Of a stretch of 64,000 nt of DNA, positions 1 through 11,197 are shown piece by piece. The stretch spans positions 62,001-126,000 of the forward strand of contig JAQGDQ010000554.1 in NCBI GenBank assembly GCA_030141605.1, written 5' to 3'. The stretch comes from Tubiluchus corallicola (Eukaryota > Animalia > Priapulida). Position numbers and translations under genes: made by a program. The notes below the pieces were generated by a model that was given only the letters and a program-made list of their open reading frames with translations, searched no databases and was not told where the DNA came from. Positions within the stretch are counted from its first letter, which is position 1, and every line of letters starts with the position of its first letter.

Positions 1-124
1 TTCAACCAATACAACGATGTTAAAATGATAGATATCATTGAGAACAGTGTAAACAAGTTTTTTAAATTTTATTTGCTTCTATGTTCTTAGCATCTTCTTT
101 ATTTTGATAAAATGTTGCTGAGTT

Positions 125-143
125 GTCTTTTTTCTGTTTATAG
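125..143 (+). promoter_or_regulatory. 3' splice acceptor just upstream of the afadin start codon (5'UTR intron or trans-splice site)
   Basis: Pyrimidine tract gtcttttttctgttta followed by TAG (AG at 142-143), 22 nt before ATG166. Confidence 0.6.
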
Positions 144-165
144 ATGATGCAATACTAGCAGCATT

Positions 166-3100
166 ATGGTTGTGAAGACTGCAGGAGGAATCATGGAGAA
201 TAATGAGCTAGAGGAACTCAAACAGCTCATAAACCTTTGGAATGCAAACAGATATGACATGTTTGAAATTAGCGCTCCGGATGAGACCGGTGAATTCCAT
301 GGTGTCATGAGGTTCTATTTCCAGGAGCATGGAGCAAAAGTGGCCACCAAATGCATTCGAGTTGGCAGTACAGCCACCACCAATGATGTCATAGCTACAC
401 TTATTGAAAAATTCCGTCCAGATATGCGAATGTTAGATCTGCCTGAGTACTCGCTGTATGAAGTCCACGTGAATGGAGAAGAGAGAAAGTTGGGACCATT
501 GGAGCAACCTCTTTTTGTTCAGCTGAATTGGGGAGTTGATGATAGAGAAGGCAGATTTTTGTTGAAGACAGAAGGTGATGTGAAAATACCTGCCAGGGAA
601 CAAACAGATTTGAACAGAAAGTTGTCAAAACGAGAATCAAAGAAGAAAAAGAAACGTGAAAAAGAAGCAGAGAAGAAGAATGAAAAAGACGACGGGCATG
701 TAGCTGAAAAGCTATATTCTGAGTTGCCAGAAACTAGCTTCACACGAAGTATTTCTAACCCAGAAGCAGTGATGCGTCGTCGTCGACAACAAAAGCTTGA
801 AAAAAAGTTGCAAGAGTACCGTAGTCAGGATGGGGGCCCTGACACTGGTGGTACATTGAAGATTTATGGTGAATGCTTAGACCCAAAAGTGCCTTATAAA
901 ACATTACTGTTGTCTATTACTGATCGAGCTTATGGCATAGTGAGACAAACCCTTGATAAATATGGATTTGAGAAAGAAGATGCTGATAATTATTGTTTGT
1001 ATGAGGTACATATACCACAAGATGGTGAATTTCATGGAACCACGTCAAAAGAGAAAGTGTTAGATGATGATGAAGCCCCTCTTGCTATTTTAATGCATCC
1101 ATCCCCTACTAGGGATCAAATTATTTTTCAGATAAGAAAACGGCCTGCCGATCACCCCCCTAGAAGGCGGAGGAAGCAGCAGAAGCCAACAGTCCATGCT
1201 GATGCTACTGATAGTGCACGACTGGATTCACCACAGAATCCAAAGAATACTTTACCATTTTTGCTGCAACTGAATCCTGATGGCTCTGATATAGTAGGCT
1301 CTGTTCCTGTAAGACATAAGCTTTATCCTAATGTAACTGAAGTTGGAAGTGAACGTCCCAATACTAGCGAACAGTGCTTGCAGTTGTTTGGCCCAGATAT
1401 CCATCCTCGGCATTGTTTAATTGCATGTACTGGAGGCATAGTAACAGTGACTCCATCTAATCCGGATGCAGAGACTTGGATAAATAACCAGCGCATTCAA
1501 GAAACAACAATGTTACAAGACGAAATGGTTGTGCGATTTGGTCGTATGCACACTTTTCTTTTTTGCGATTCTTCTTCAAGAGAAGTGTCTGAGGATCAGG
1601 GAGAAGCAGGTAATAAAACAACGTCCGAGCAGCCAAACTATGAGACAACCTTTGATGTAGATGGCCACATCCAAACATCTGTTTCTAGTACACAGTTAAA
1701 TCGTATGGCAGATATGTCAGATGTTATGCGGAATCCTTCTTTGAGAATAGAAGTACTTCCAGCAACACTGGAATTTAGAGAAAATGCAGAAAGTCAACTT
1801 TTGACCCACATAATTGCTCATGCAGATGTGCATCAGTTGCAGTTTAAATTAGCGCCAACCTACACGCTATATATGGCTATACGTTATCGAGCCTCACGTC
1901 AGTACCGTCCTGATGCATCACCTATGGAACGTGCACAAAGGCTAACAGCTTTTGCAAACAGAATTGCTAACATTATTGGAGAAACTGTCCAAGCTGTACA
2001 GAACAACGGAACAGCTTTGGCATTTTGGATGGCTAACGCTTCTGAACTGCTGCATTTTCTCAAATGTGACCGAGATATTGGACCTTATTCTGTAACATGT
2101 CAAGATACTTTAGCTGATGTTGTACATTTGTCCTTTAAGCTTCTAACATATGCTCTCCAACGTGAGCTGGATGGAACATTACTGACATTTCTTGAAGACA
2201 CTGACATGGATGTTGATGGAAGTGCAATAAATCCTGTGTTGAGTACATTAGCATCCGCTATGGCTTTGCTTAGACGATGTCGTGTGAATGCAGCTCTTAC
2301 AATCCAATTGTTTTCACAATTATTTCACTACATTAACATGTGGCTGTTTAACACTGTGGTAAATTCTGGCAGCATTCCTAGCCCAAAGCCACAGCAATTA
2401 TGCACATATGTTTGGGGAGGCAGACTGAAAAGACGCTTGCACAGAGTTGAAGTTTGGGCTGAAAAACAAGGGCTGGAACTTGCTGCAGACTGTCACTTGT
2501 GTAGGGTGACCCAAACAGCACATCTGTTACAAACGAGTAAACATTCTGTTGAAGATATTTCAAACATTTCATCAGCTTGTTTCAAATTAAACTCTCTTCA
2601 GCTACGCGCATTATTAGAGCAATATCAGCCGGAGAGCAATGAGCCACCTATACCGAAAGAGTTAGTGAAGACTGTGATCTCAGTTGCAGAGAACACAGCT
2701 GATGAACTTATTCGCAGTGATGGAAGACAGGTTCTTTTGGAAGAGGAAGCTGATCTTCAACTTCCGTTTCTGTTACCAGAGGATGGTTATTCTTCGGAAA
2801 TTATTCGTGGCTTGCCACCTGGGCTAGACGAAAATATTAAATCTTTAATGGAACAAGGTGTGTGTCGCTTGACCATACAACCAATGTCCAGTGGAATGTG
2901 GACTATATACATGGGACCATTTGAATTGGTGAAAAGCGCATCTGATGCAGGGAGACCCAGTTCTGGACGCAGTGGAGCATCTGATGACCTTCGTATTTCC
3001 AAAGGAACTGGAGCACCTTGGGAACCAGAAATGATGACTGTTACTTTTCCTAAGAAAGGTGGTGGCATTGGATTAAGTATTGTTGCAGCTAAAGGTGTTG

Positions 3101-6100
3101 GACAAGAAGAACAAGGTATTTATGTTAAAAAGGTTGTGAAGGATGCAGCTGCTGATGATGATGGCCGCCTTGGTGCTGGTGACCAGTTAGTTTCTGTCAA
3201 TGGTAATAGTTTAATTGGTGTTTCTCAGGAAAGAGCTGCAGAAATAATGGCTTCCTGTGGGCAGCTAGTTACATTTCAGGTAGTAAAGCAAGCGGCAATT
3301 TATCACGGTCTTGCAACATTACTCAGTCAGCCTTCACCAGAGCTGAAACGTAGTAGTACCAGCACTCTTGGTGACAAAGGAATGCCAATTAAAAAAGAAC
3401 CGTTGCTACTAAAACATGACCAGCGACGTACTGCTAAGCAAAAACCAAAAATCTATAGCAATGGCAGATTATCTGAAAGTAAAAGTGTACCAGATTTGAA
3501 TACCGGTGATCAAAGGTTAAAACAGGAACGATTGAAAACACAAGCACCTGGTAGCACTGGCCACCTTACACCTGTTGACCATTATCATGACATGCATACA
3601 TCTTATCCAAATGAACCGTCATCTTTGCAATACATGCCTGAGAAATTCAAATCTACAGGACAGTTGCCTGATGAAGATGATGATGATGGTGGCTTTAAAG
3701 ATCCAAACAGGTCTAGCAGTAGCTCGCACATCACTAGGAAGCCCCAGGTTAACTCGCTCGAAAATTATGCTACCAAGTATTCACCTCAGCCACAAGATTA
3801 TTCTGCTAAACATTTGCCGTATCATCAAGATTACGTTGCAAAACAATTACCTCAATCACATGATTATGCTATTAAACATTCACTTCATCCACAGGATCAA
3901 ACTGCAAAATATGCTCCATATCCACAAGATTATAGTACTACAAAACATTCGCCATACCCATCTGATCATACTACTAAACATCCACCACATCCACATGGTT
4001 ATCCAGCAAAACACTCATTTAACAACATGAATAATATCTCAGATAATATAAATTCAAGTCAATTAATGAACTCGGTTGGTCAGCCACCGGAAAGCAAATA
4101 TCCACCATTTGAATCCACAGCTAGTTATACTTCTGATCAGGGAAGCCAGATTCAAAGGCAGCTGGAAGTTAAGCCAAATTGGCTTCGTTCTGAGCATAGG
4201 TCACCCGACCAGTGGCCTGAAGCTCCTGAGCAATGGTCTTCAAATAGTCATTCAGATCACAGACAAATGGCTCATGAGCCACAGGAACTGAACATGACAG
4301 ATGGACCAGCAGAGGATGAGGAATGGTACCCTCCAGAAAAGCCACCCCGACAGTCAGAGTATCAGAAAGCAAGGGAGGAGTTGATGCGGAAGCACAACCA
4401 GATAAATTCAGACGAGGCTGATTCATATAGTATACCCCGTGTGGTAATAGATCCTTTGAAGTTCCAGCCAAAATTCTTCTCTAACACACAGCCATTACCT
4501 AAAGACTTAGTTTTGGATGCCTTTGTGGATAATCGAATACCCAAGGATCCACCTCCTGTAGCTCCAAAACCAAAATTGGCTCGGCCAGAGAAACCATTGA
4601 TTGATCTGCCAGATATTCCAAAAAAGCAAGTAAGGCCAACTGAAGCTCAAGCACACTTCTTTAATGCTCATCAACATGTTGAACATATCCCACAACCACA
4701 TGCGGATACAAAGACTGTATTTAGTAAGCAGTACTTACTGGAAAAATGTAGGTATGACTCACCAGAATTGCCTCCACCTCCACTTGAACTTATTCAGCCT
4801 CCTTCGACTTCTGATACACCTCCGTTTGATGATCTTCCTCCTCCGCCTCCACAAGGTATGCGACCTTATGTTCCATCCCACTTTATTCCCCCCTCTCAGT
4901 CTTCCAATAAGGAAAACAGATATGAAGAGCAACCAAGCAGTTATGGCAATGAGCGCCAACTTTATTATGGAAATCAGCAACCACACAGTGTTCAAAGATC
5001 TAATGTTGCAGGAAGCAGCAGTGATTATATGCATAGTGGTGGTTATATGAGTCAGCAGAAATATAATGATAGGCATGGCTCAGAGTTACAGCCAAGTTCT
5101 TCGCAATTTGTTCATCGTAACTATGACGCTTCTGCAGTTGCAAATTCTGTGGTGGACAGCAGGCAGTGGGCAGCTGTACCCTTATCATATGAACAAAACA
5201 TGGCTACAAATAAGAGTATGCCCCAGTTTCTTGATAGTGAGACAATAGTGAATCTTCTTCAAGAAATAGAAGAGCTGAAGTCCCTACCTTCAAGAACTAC
5301 AGATGAAGAAGCTCGGTTGAGAGCTCTAAAGTTAGAATATGAATTCCAGCGTCGCTTATTAGAAATCGGAAATGATGACGAAGATGATAATGATGAATAT
5401 GATGATGTAAGATGGAATGAAGATATTAATATTCCGGCTGAACAAGCTGAATTGATAGAAAAGGCTGAGAAGAAAAAAATGGAGAAAATACATGAAGTGT
5501 TGCCGAAATCTGAAGAGTCTAACAAATATCCTAAATTTTCGAAAACTGAAGCTAAACCCGATAGTGAAGAAAAAGAAAAAGCTGAAAAAATGAGACTGAA
5601 GAAACTTGAAGAATTAAGGAAAATAAGAGAAGCCGAGAATGAAGCATTACGAGAGCTGCAAGCTGCTAGGCATGCAGAGGAAAAAGCAATAGAAGAAGCT
5701 AGAAAGGAGCAAGAATATCTTAGGAAAGCAGAGATGCAAGTCATGCAACATAAGGAACCACAATCAGATGGAAATTATATCAAGACTCAAGATATTATGG
5801 TAAAACAGCAATCAGATGTCGACAAGGCTAAGATGCCAAAGTCACAACGGGAAGTGTCATTTTCACATGATTCACCAAATGTGAATGATTCTCCATGGGC
5901 TGACATGAGCTATGGTTACGGACAAAATCGTGATCGCTTGGGTCACGGGCAGTTAGAGAAATCTGCAAAACAGGAAGTAGCAACTCCATCTCGTGGTGTT
6001 CAAGATGATAACATTACAAACAATAACGTTAAATTTGTAGACTGGCAAACCCCGCCATTTGATCAACAATTTCCAAATTTAATAGCAACTGCTACACCAG

Positions 6101-6315
6101 GTGTTATAGGTGCCCAGGAAAGTTACAGAGACCCACGAGAACGTCGACTGTTGGATATGCAGTTGCAAGCTGATAAAAGCAGTCATGGTGAACACCTTAG
6201 CTTTAAGGACAAAATGAAGCTGTTTGCCTCAGACTTGGGAGAAACGAATACACCGCCAGAAAAAAGTAAAATCTCCAGGAAACAACGAGATCTCGAGGAA
6301 TATTTGCAAACCTGA
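166..6315 (+). CDS. AFDN: Afadin / AF-6 / Canoe orthologue, single coding exon (RA1-RA2-FHA-DIL-PDZ, Pro-rich region, C-terminal F-actin-binding region)
   Basis: 2049-aa ORF with afadin hallmarks: EFHGVMRFYFQ...ATKCIRV (RA1), LPETSFTRSISNPEAVMRRRRQQKLE, GGTLKIYG...PYKTLLLS (RA2), LLRRCRVNAALTIQLFSQLFH and WAEKQGLELAADCHL (DIL), GIGLSIVAAKG (PDZ), TPGVIGAQESYRDPR and LSFKDKMKLFA (canoe-type C-terminus). The start could be 166 or 193. Confidence 0.97.
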   Translation: MVVKTAGGIMENNELEELKQLINLWNANRYDMFEISAPDETGEFHGVMRFYFQEHGAKVATKCIRVGSTATTNDVIATLIEKFRPDMRMLDLPEYSLYEVHVNGEERKLGPLEQPLFVQLNWGVDDREGRFLLKTEGDVKIPAREQTDLNRKLSKRESKKKKKREKEAEKKNEKDDGHVAEKLYSELPETSFTRSISNPEAVMRRRRQQKLEKKLQEYRSQDGGPDTGGTLKIYGECLDPKVPYKTLLLSITDRAYGIVRQTLDKYGFEKEDADNYCLYEVHIPQDGEFHGTTSKEKVLDDDEAPLAILMHPSPTRDQIIFQIRKRPADHPPRRRRKQQKPTVHADATDSARLDSPQNPKNTLPFLLQLNPDGSDIVGSVPVRHKLYPNVTEVGSERPNTSEQCLQLFGPDIHPRHCLIACTGGIVTVTPSNPDAETWINNQRIQETTMLQDEMVVRFGRMHTFLFCDSSSREVSEDQGEAGNKTTSEQPNYETTFDVDGHIQTSVSSTQLNRMADMSDVMRNPSLRIEVLPATLEFRENAESQLLTHIIAHADVHQLQFKLAPTYTLYMAIRYRASRQYRPDASPMERAQRLTAFANRIANIIGETVQAVQNNGTALAFWMANASELLHFLKCDRDIGPYSVTCQDTLADVVHLSFKLLTYALQRELDGTLLTFLEDTDMDVDGSAINPVLSTLASAMALLRRCRVNAALTIQLFSQLFHYINMWLFNTVVNSGSIPSPKPQQLCTYVWGGRLKRRLHRVEVWAEKQGLELAADCHLCRVTQTAHLLQTSKHSVEDISNISSACFKLNSLQLRALLEQYQPESNEPPIPKELVKTVISVAENTADELIRSDGRQVLLEEEADLQLPFLLPEDGYSSEIIRGLPPGLDENIKSLMEQGVCRLTIQPMSSGMWTIYMGPFELVKSASDAGRPSSGRSGASDDLRISKGTGAPWEPEMMTVTFPKKGGGIGLSIVAAKGVGQEEQGIYVKKVVKDAAADDDGRLGAGDQLVSVNGNSLIGVSQERAAEIMASCGQLVTFQVVKQAAIYHGLATLLSQPSPELKRSSTSTLGDKGMPIKKEPLLLKHDQRRTAKQKPKIYSNGRLSESKSVPDLNTGDQRLKQERLKTQAPGSTGHLTPVDHYHDMHTSYPNEPSSLQYMPEKFKSTGQLPDEDDDDGGFKDPNRSSSSSHITRKPQVNSLENYATKYSPQPQDYSAKHLPYHQDYVAKQLPQSHDYAIKHSLHPQDQTAKYAPYPQDYSTTKHSPYPSDHTTKHPPHPHGYPAKHSFNNMNNISDNINSSQLMNSVGQPPESKYPPFESTASYTSDQGSQIQRQLEVKPNWLRSEHRSPDQWPEAPEQWSSNSHSDHRQMAHEPQELNMTDGPAEDEEWYPPEKPPRQSEYQKAREELMRKHNQINSDEADSYSIPRVVIDPLKFQPKFFSNTQPLPKDLVLDAFVDNRIPKDPPPVAPKPKLARPEKPLIDLPDIPKKQVRPTEAQAHFFNAHQHVEHIPQPHADTKTVFSKQYLLEKCRYDSPELPPPPLELIQPPSTSDTPPFDDLPPPPPQGMRPYVPSHFIPPSQSSNKENRYEEQPSSYGNERQLYYGNQQPHSVQRSNVAGSSSDYMHSGGYMSQQKYNDRHGSELQPSSSQFVHRNYDASAVANSVVDSRQWAAVPLSYEQNMATNKSMPQFLDSETIVNLLQEIEELKSLPSRTTDEEARLRALKLEYEFQRRLLEIGNDDEDDNDEYDDVRWNEDINIPAEQAELIEKAEKKKMEKIHEVLPKSEESNKYPKFSKTEAKPDSEEKEKAEKMRLKKLEELRKIREAENEALRELQAARHAEEKAIEEARKEQEYLRKAEMQVMQHKEPQSDGNYIKTQDIMVKQQSDVDKAKMPKSQREVSFSHDSPNVNDSPWADMSYGYGQNRDRLGHGQLEKSAKQEVATPSRGVQDDNITNNNVKFVDWQTPPFDQQFPNLIATATPGVIGAQESYRDPRERRLLDMQLQADKSSHGEHLSFKDKMKLFASDLGETNTPPEKSKISRKQRDLEEYLQT

Positions 6316-6430
6316 TTTTCTTCAGAGCACCGTGGTGCAGTGGCCTTTGCGAATACTGAAATGTAACTGGCAAGTGATGTATAGAAATTTTAAACAACAT
6401 ATAAGAAAGTAAAGCTCTCAAGCCTATTTT

Positions 6431-6566
6431 TCATGTTAACGACAGTACTGAAAGAAATATTGTTTCATGTTACTGACAGTACTGAAAGAAATATCGTTTT
6501 ATGTTAATGACGGTACTAAAAGAAATATTATTTCTTGTTACTGACAGTACTCAAATAAATATTGTT
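6431..6566 (+). repeat. 34-bp tandem repeat, 4 copies, in the afadin 3'UTR
   Basis: Units start at 6431, 6465, 6499 and 6533; consensus approximately tcatgttactgacagtactgaaagaaatattgtt. Confidence 0.9.
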
Positions 6567-8110
6567 AATTATTAATAATATGACTTTATTCTAAGTACTT
6601 GTAATAATGAGTTCTGTTACACATTTGCTTTGGTTGTGGAGATTCTGTAGTGAATTTTTATGCAAAACCTTGTTTAACTGTATAAGGCATTGTAATTGCA
6701 GGTATAGTTTGTGCTTTAGGGTTGTGCAGTTATTTAATTTTCCGATTTTTCTTTATGATTTTGACAATGTCGTTAGGCCTAGTTAATAATGAGTAGCGTC
6801 TGAATTAGTAATATAGTATTCTTCTTTATGTACAAGTTTACTAGTTGATATGTTATTAGTTAACTATGTATAAAACCATTATTAATGACTAATTATCCTT
6901 GTTTATCCTTTTTGTCGTACTGTATCTAACGGGACTTTTTTTGACAGGTATGACTGACAAATTTGATCATTAACTTAATTATTGCCACTACACATTATGT
7001 ATGAATATCTAATGAACATTTTGAAGAATGCCTTATAATAATGTTATTTTGTTTGAATTGCAATTTGTTGATGTACGTTTTATTTACACTTCTTAGCTGT
7101 ATAATTAGTTAGGAAGAGAGCGCACGTGTAAAGTTCGAGGTTGTGTATTGTAGAATGACTTTTGCAGACCTAGTTAAGCCATATTGCCAATCAATGTTTA
7201 TTAATCATTTTTAGTATCATGTTACTAACGTTTAACGTATCATTTATGGTTAGCTTTACCCCGGTTATATCCATTGTCTGTGAAGCTGTACTTATAAGCT
7301 TTTGTCTGTGTAATCTTTATGTTGTTTATAAGTTTAGTGTTTTTTGCACCGGATTTCTAACTGTGACTTTAATATCCTGCCAGCCCCCATGTGCCTTTAG
7401 TAATTTGCTGGGCCTTGAAGTATGCATTGAACGTGTAGCGTATGTGTAGGGATGTAAAGCATTAGGTTCCTTAGCGGTGGGTTGGAAGTTAGAAAAAAGA
7501 AAGTTTTGGAAGGAGACTTTGATTTGCTCATAATTATGGTGAACTATTTTTTAATTATGGTTAATCATGGTAATAGCTAACAGTAAATCGGTTCCATTGT
7601 GTTTGTATTTCATAATGTGAGGGAGAAGAGAAGGTTCTATTACTTAGAATTTGTTGCATTTGTGGATATCTTTAGAGACATTATTGGTCTTATCAGAAAC
7701 TGAGCACTAACTGAAAGTGACCTAAGCATCCAATTTTGAAAAGGATGGCTCTGCTGAGAATTTCCACAGTCCTGAATAACGATCATTTATTTAATTTGCC
7801 ATTCTAGATTCCTGCCATAATCTTAAATTAGTTTTAGCAATTGCTATTCATCATGTTAAATATTAAAATGTTTATTCATTGACGGGCGATAACATTATTT
7901 TTTGTATTTTGATTCTTAAATCGCAATGTAAATTTCTTAAATTTCGCAATAATAAATATTTTTCTCTTTTAATAATGTAAACACAGTATTTAATTCCTGT
8001 TATTTCGTAGCTGATCGTCGTCAAATAGGCCTAGTCTTGTTTTTCGACACGTCGCCTATCTTCCACAAAGTTTTGTCGAAGTTTCTGCACAACGTTTGAG
8101 ACCTCGTAGA

Positions 8111-8165
8111 CAGTGGCGTAGCGAGTTTGTGGCGGCCGGGGCAAAAGAACTTGTGGCGCCTTACC
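8111..8165. mobile_element. Probable hAT-type MITE terminus (one end only)
   Basis: CAGTGGCGTAGCGAG...gcggccggggcaaa...tggcgcc resembles termini of invertebrate non-autonomous DNA transposons; no convincing partner TIR found. Confidence 0.4.
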
Positions 8166-9129
8166 CTTTTAATGTTTTGATCATTTGTTTCGTGAGTGAA
8201 GCCACAAGTTGTGCGCGTTTTGTGCGTCCCTGAATCTGACTTTCCTTTTTCCAGAGTCTGACATGACGGCATAAATACAAACCTACAAACCATTTTTTCT
8301 AAGAATTACCATGAGTTAAATTTGCGACACTGCACCGGAATAACAATTTTCTATGCATTAGTTGCTCATAATACGAAAGTCCTTAAACATTCGGCTACAA
8401 CATTAAAACATACAAAGATTATGAAAGATACAAAACATAGGGTTTCATAATAATATAATTGGCTCTTGGAGAAACGCTACCGTTTCTCTCAAAATTATCA
8501 AATTGCTATAAGCCACACGACACCGTACATATGCCGTTAAGTAAAAACAGCGTTTTTTCTACTCTGAATGTAGTAATTAAGTGAGCCACTTACTAGGCAA
8601 TTTTGTTGTAGTTTGAAAACTTAACTATTTTGATAATCTCTGCCCGTGGTTGTATTTGCACCTTGTTTCTCGTATAGAAACCACAATTCTGTAGCTTAGT
8701 ACAGTATCACCAAATTCATTCTCTATCCGCCGCAAATTGCCAGTTATTTAACAAGGCCAATTTTACGCACTCCTGAGGCTGCGTTTTCGTTATATTTGCG
8801 GCAAATTTCCAAAGTTTTTAACTGTTAACAAATCAAGCAAAGGTTAATCGATAAAAATATTGATTCTCTTTGCCGTTTCCCTTTGAGCCATCACGAATTT
8901 CTCACCAGTATATTGGTTTACTCGCTAGCGAAGTAATTCTAGTGTGTTTTGCGGTCATGCCGGTTTCGTTCTCACTCTCATTGTTGTTCATGTAGGCTTA
9001 ATGGAAAGCAAGATGATTTTTCATAATCGACATCATTTTGGTGCACGGTAAGAAGTACACACCTATAACAATGCAAAAACGTTTCTGATAATTAAGCGAT
9101 AGGTTAAAAACTTAATTAACAGCCGGCGA

Positions 9130-9255
9130 GGGTAATTAGTGATGTCAGCAAAATTGAACATTCCATGAGTGTGTTGCACGTGCTTGCAAAAGCGAAGATT
9201 GAAGTCTACAGTGCTAATGTAGACATTCGATTTGATATACAATAACACTTTAACA
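9130..9255 (+). repeat. Dispersed repeat, copy 1 (similar to about 13465-13600)
   Basis: cattccatga..gtgtt..acgt.ctt...aaagcga..attgaagt..acagtgcta.tgta..acattc...tgatatacaa is shared between the two copies. Confidence 0.6.
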
Positions 9256-11197
9256 CTATAATACAATAACACTAGATGGGCGCTAGGACCCATCTAACTA
9301 GCAAAATAACGAAATGCAAGAACAGCGTTCCATAGCAACGATAAATATGACGTTATAAATATTAAGGACAAAGACACTACAGTCGCTGGGACAATAGACC
9401 ACATTAGTCATAGTTACTATAAGCGATTTTTAATGAACACAACACGGAGACAAACACTAAATGACATTCACGAAAAAACCGAATTCCCCATGACAACATT
9501 AAAATGGTGTTCAAAATGACACCCAGGCTGTTGGGCAGAAAAGCTCAATGAACGAGCAGCTCAGTGCTCCGCATTCCGTACTAGTTCATTGTTTCATTTG
9601 GTACAACAATTTGAAGAGGCGTCAGTATTGTGACAGAGATGATATAGAAATTAAAAAAAAATGAGTGACGTTTTAGCAAACTATAAGGAAGTCAAAGGAT
9701 CTTGTAAAAAGACAAAACTACTGAAATTTCGCGATAAATAGGGGCATTGACAAACGTACATGTATATTAAAAAATTGTAATCCGATCAATTGCTTGGTAT
9801 ACTTATGTACTATAATATTATGTAGATGTACTACTAGCTTGTAAGCTTCCCAAAGCAGTTTCATAGTGTAAGTCCTATCTTGCGAGCAGCTTATAACTGT
9901 TTGCCACATGTAGAAGTGTGACAAGTAGCCATTCATCCATAAGGAAACCCATAGGTGGACAATGGCAACAAACTCAGTGACCGCTTCTCATCATTAATTG
10001 ATCATAATCTTAATTTCAATATTATTGCTAATGACGGAATGAACACACAATTATTAAATTTGAAATTAAACTTTTCCGAAAGAACAAAAATGTGAAAGAA
10101 AGGTTATGGCGTCCCTGGTTCAAACCCTGGCTCCGTCCCTACTTCTTCGCATTTTCTTTCTCAAGAACAGATTTGTTTCAAAACTTAATGCTTATGGACT
10201 CATTCCACTCTTTATGTCACTTAGGCTTATTTAGTTTTTTATGTTTTGATTCCTGTCGGGGTGTAATCAGGTCTACTTTTTTCAAATAGTTTGTATGTCG
10301 TGAGTCTAAGTGAAAAGAAGAAATGAACAAAAAGAGGAAACTAAGCAAGCAGGAAAATGTTGCAACTGAATATAATATTGTACAGCTGAGTATCCCATTT
10401 TAAGCTCATGATGTAGTAGATAAATAAATAGAACTGAGCAAGAGTTGAGCAATTTCACAACACGCTGACTCACAATCAGAAGTGTGCCTTGAACTGGTTT
10501 CATCAGCTCCTCAGCTGGTTTCATAGTTCAACCAGCACTACCTCTGTGGCAGACCTGTATCTCTATAATAAAAAACGACATAGCAGGGCGTGCGGCTTTT
10601 AATGTCTGGATACGCCCTCAGGCGGATTCTCTTTGGTATTTCCAGCCGAGTGCTTTCTGCAACACGTCATCAAAACAACAACAAACTTGCGAAGGCGGAG
10701 GAAAAATTCCGTGCGTACCTCAGTTCCTGGCAAAAGATGGGAAAACATACTGCTCGTAGTCTTTTACTCCTATGCTAGCTTGCTTTGGCTGAAAATTGCG
10801 CTGGCTAGCAGTTCGGTCAAGGGTGCAGTCAGGTTCTAAAGTTAGGGTGTACAAACACATAAAAAACGCCATGACACATATCAAACAATTTGTGACGCAT
10901 TGATCACACATCTAATTTCGTGTTTAAAACCAAAATATGAAGAAGATAGTTTTACAGGAAGTCAAGTTTATTTTGTATTTACAATTAAAACTCCAAAAAA
11001 GTTTTGCAGCAAGCTCATAAATCTGAAGACATAATAAAACGTGGCTTTTATTGTGTGCTCGGGGGAGGGGTTGCTTCCCTTTTAGCAACGCGAGTGACTA
11101 CAGTCCGTATGCAGGCATATGTGTATCATAATGACCATAATCGCCATTAGTGTCATCTGTCTTCATGATCACATCATCACTGCTATAATGGGAGGTT

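Noticed and set aside
401-6421. Short antisense or alternate-frame ORFs overlapping afadin
   Set aside because: Expected shadows of a long coding sequence; no recognisable motifs
6431-6566. CRISPR-like array
   Set aside because: Head-to-tail units without unique spacers, eukaryotic context, no cas genes
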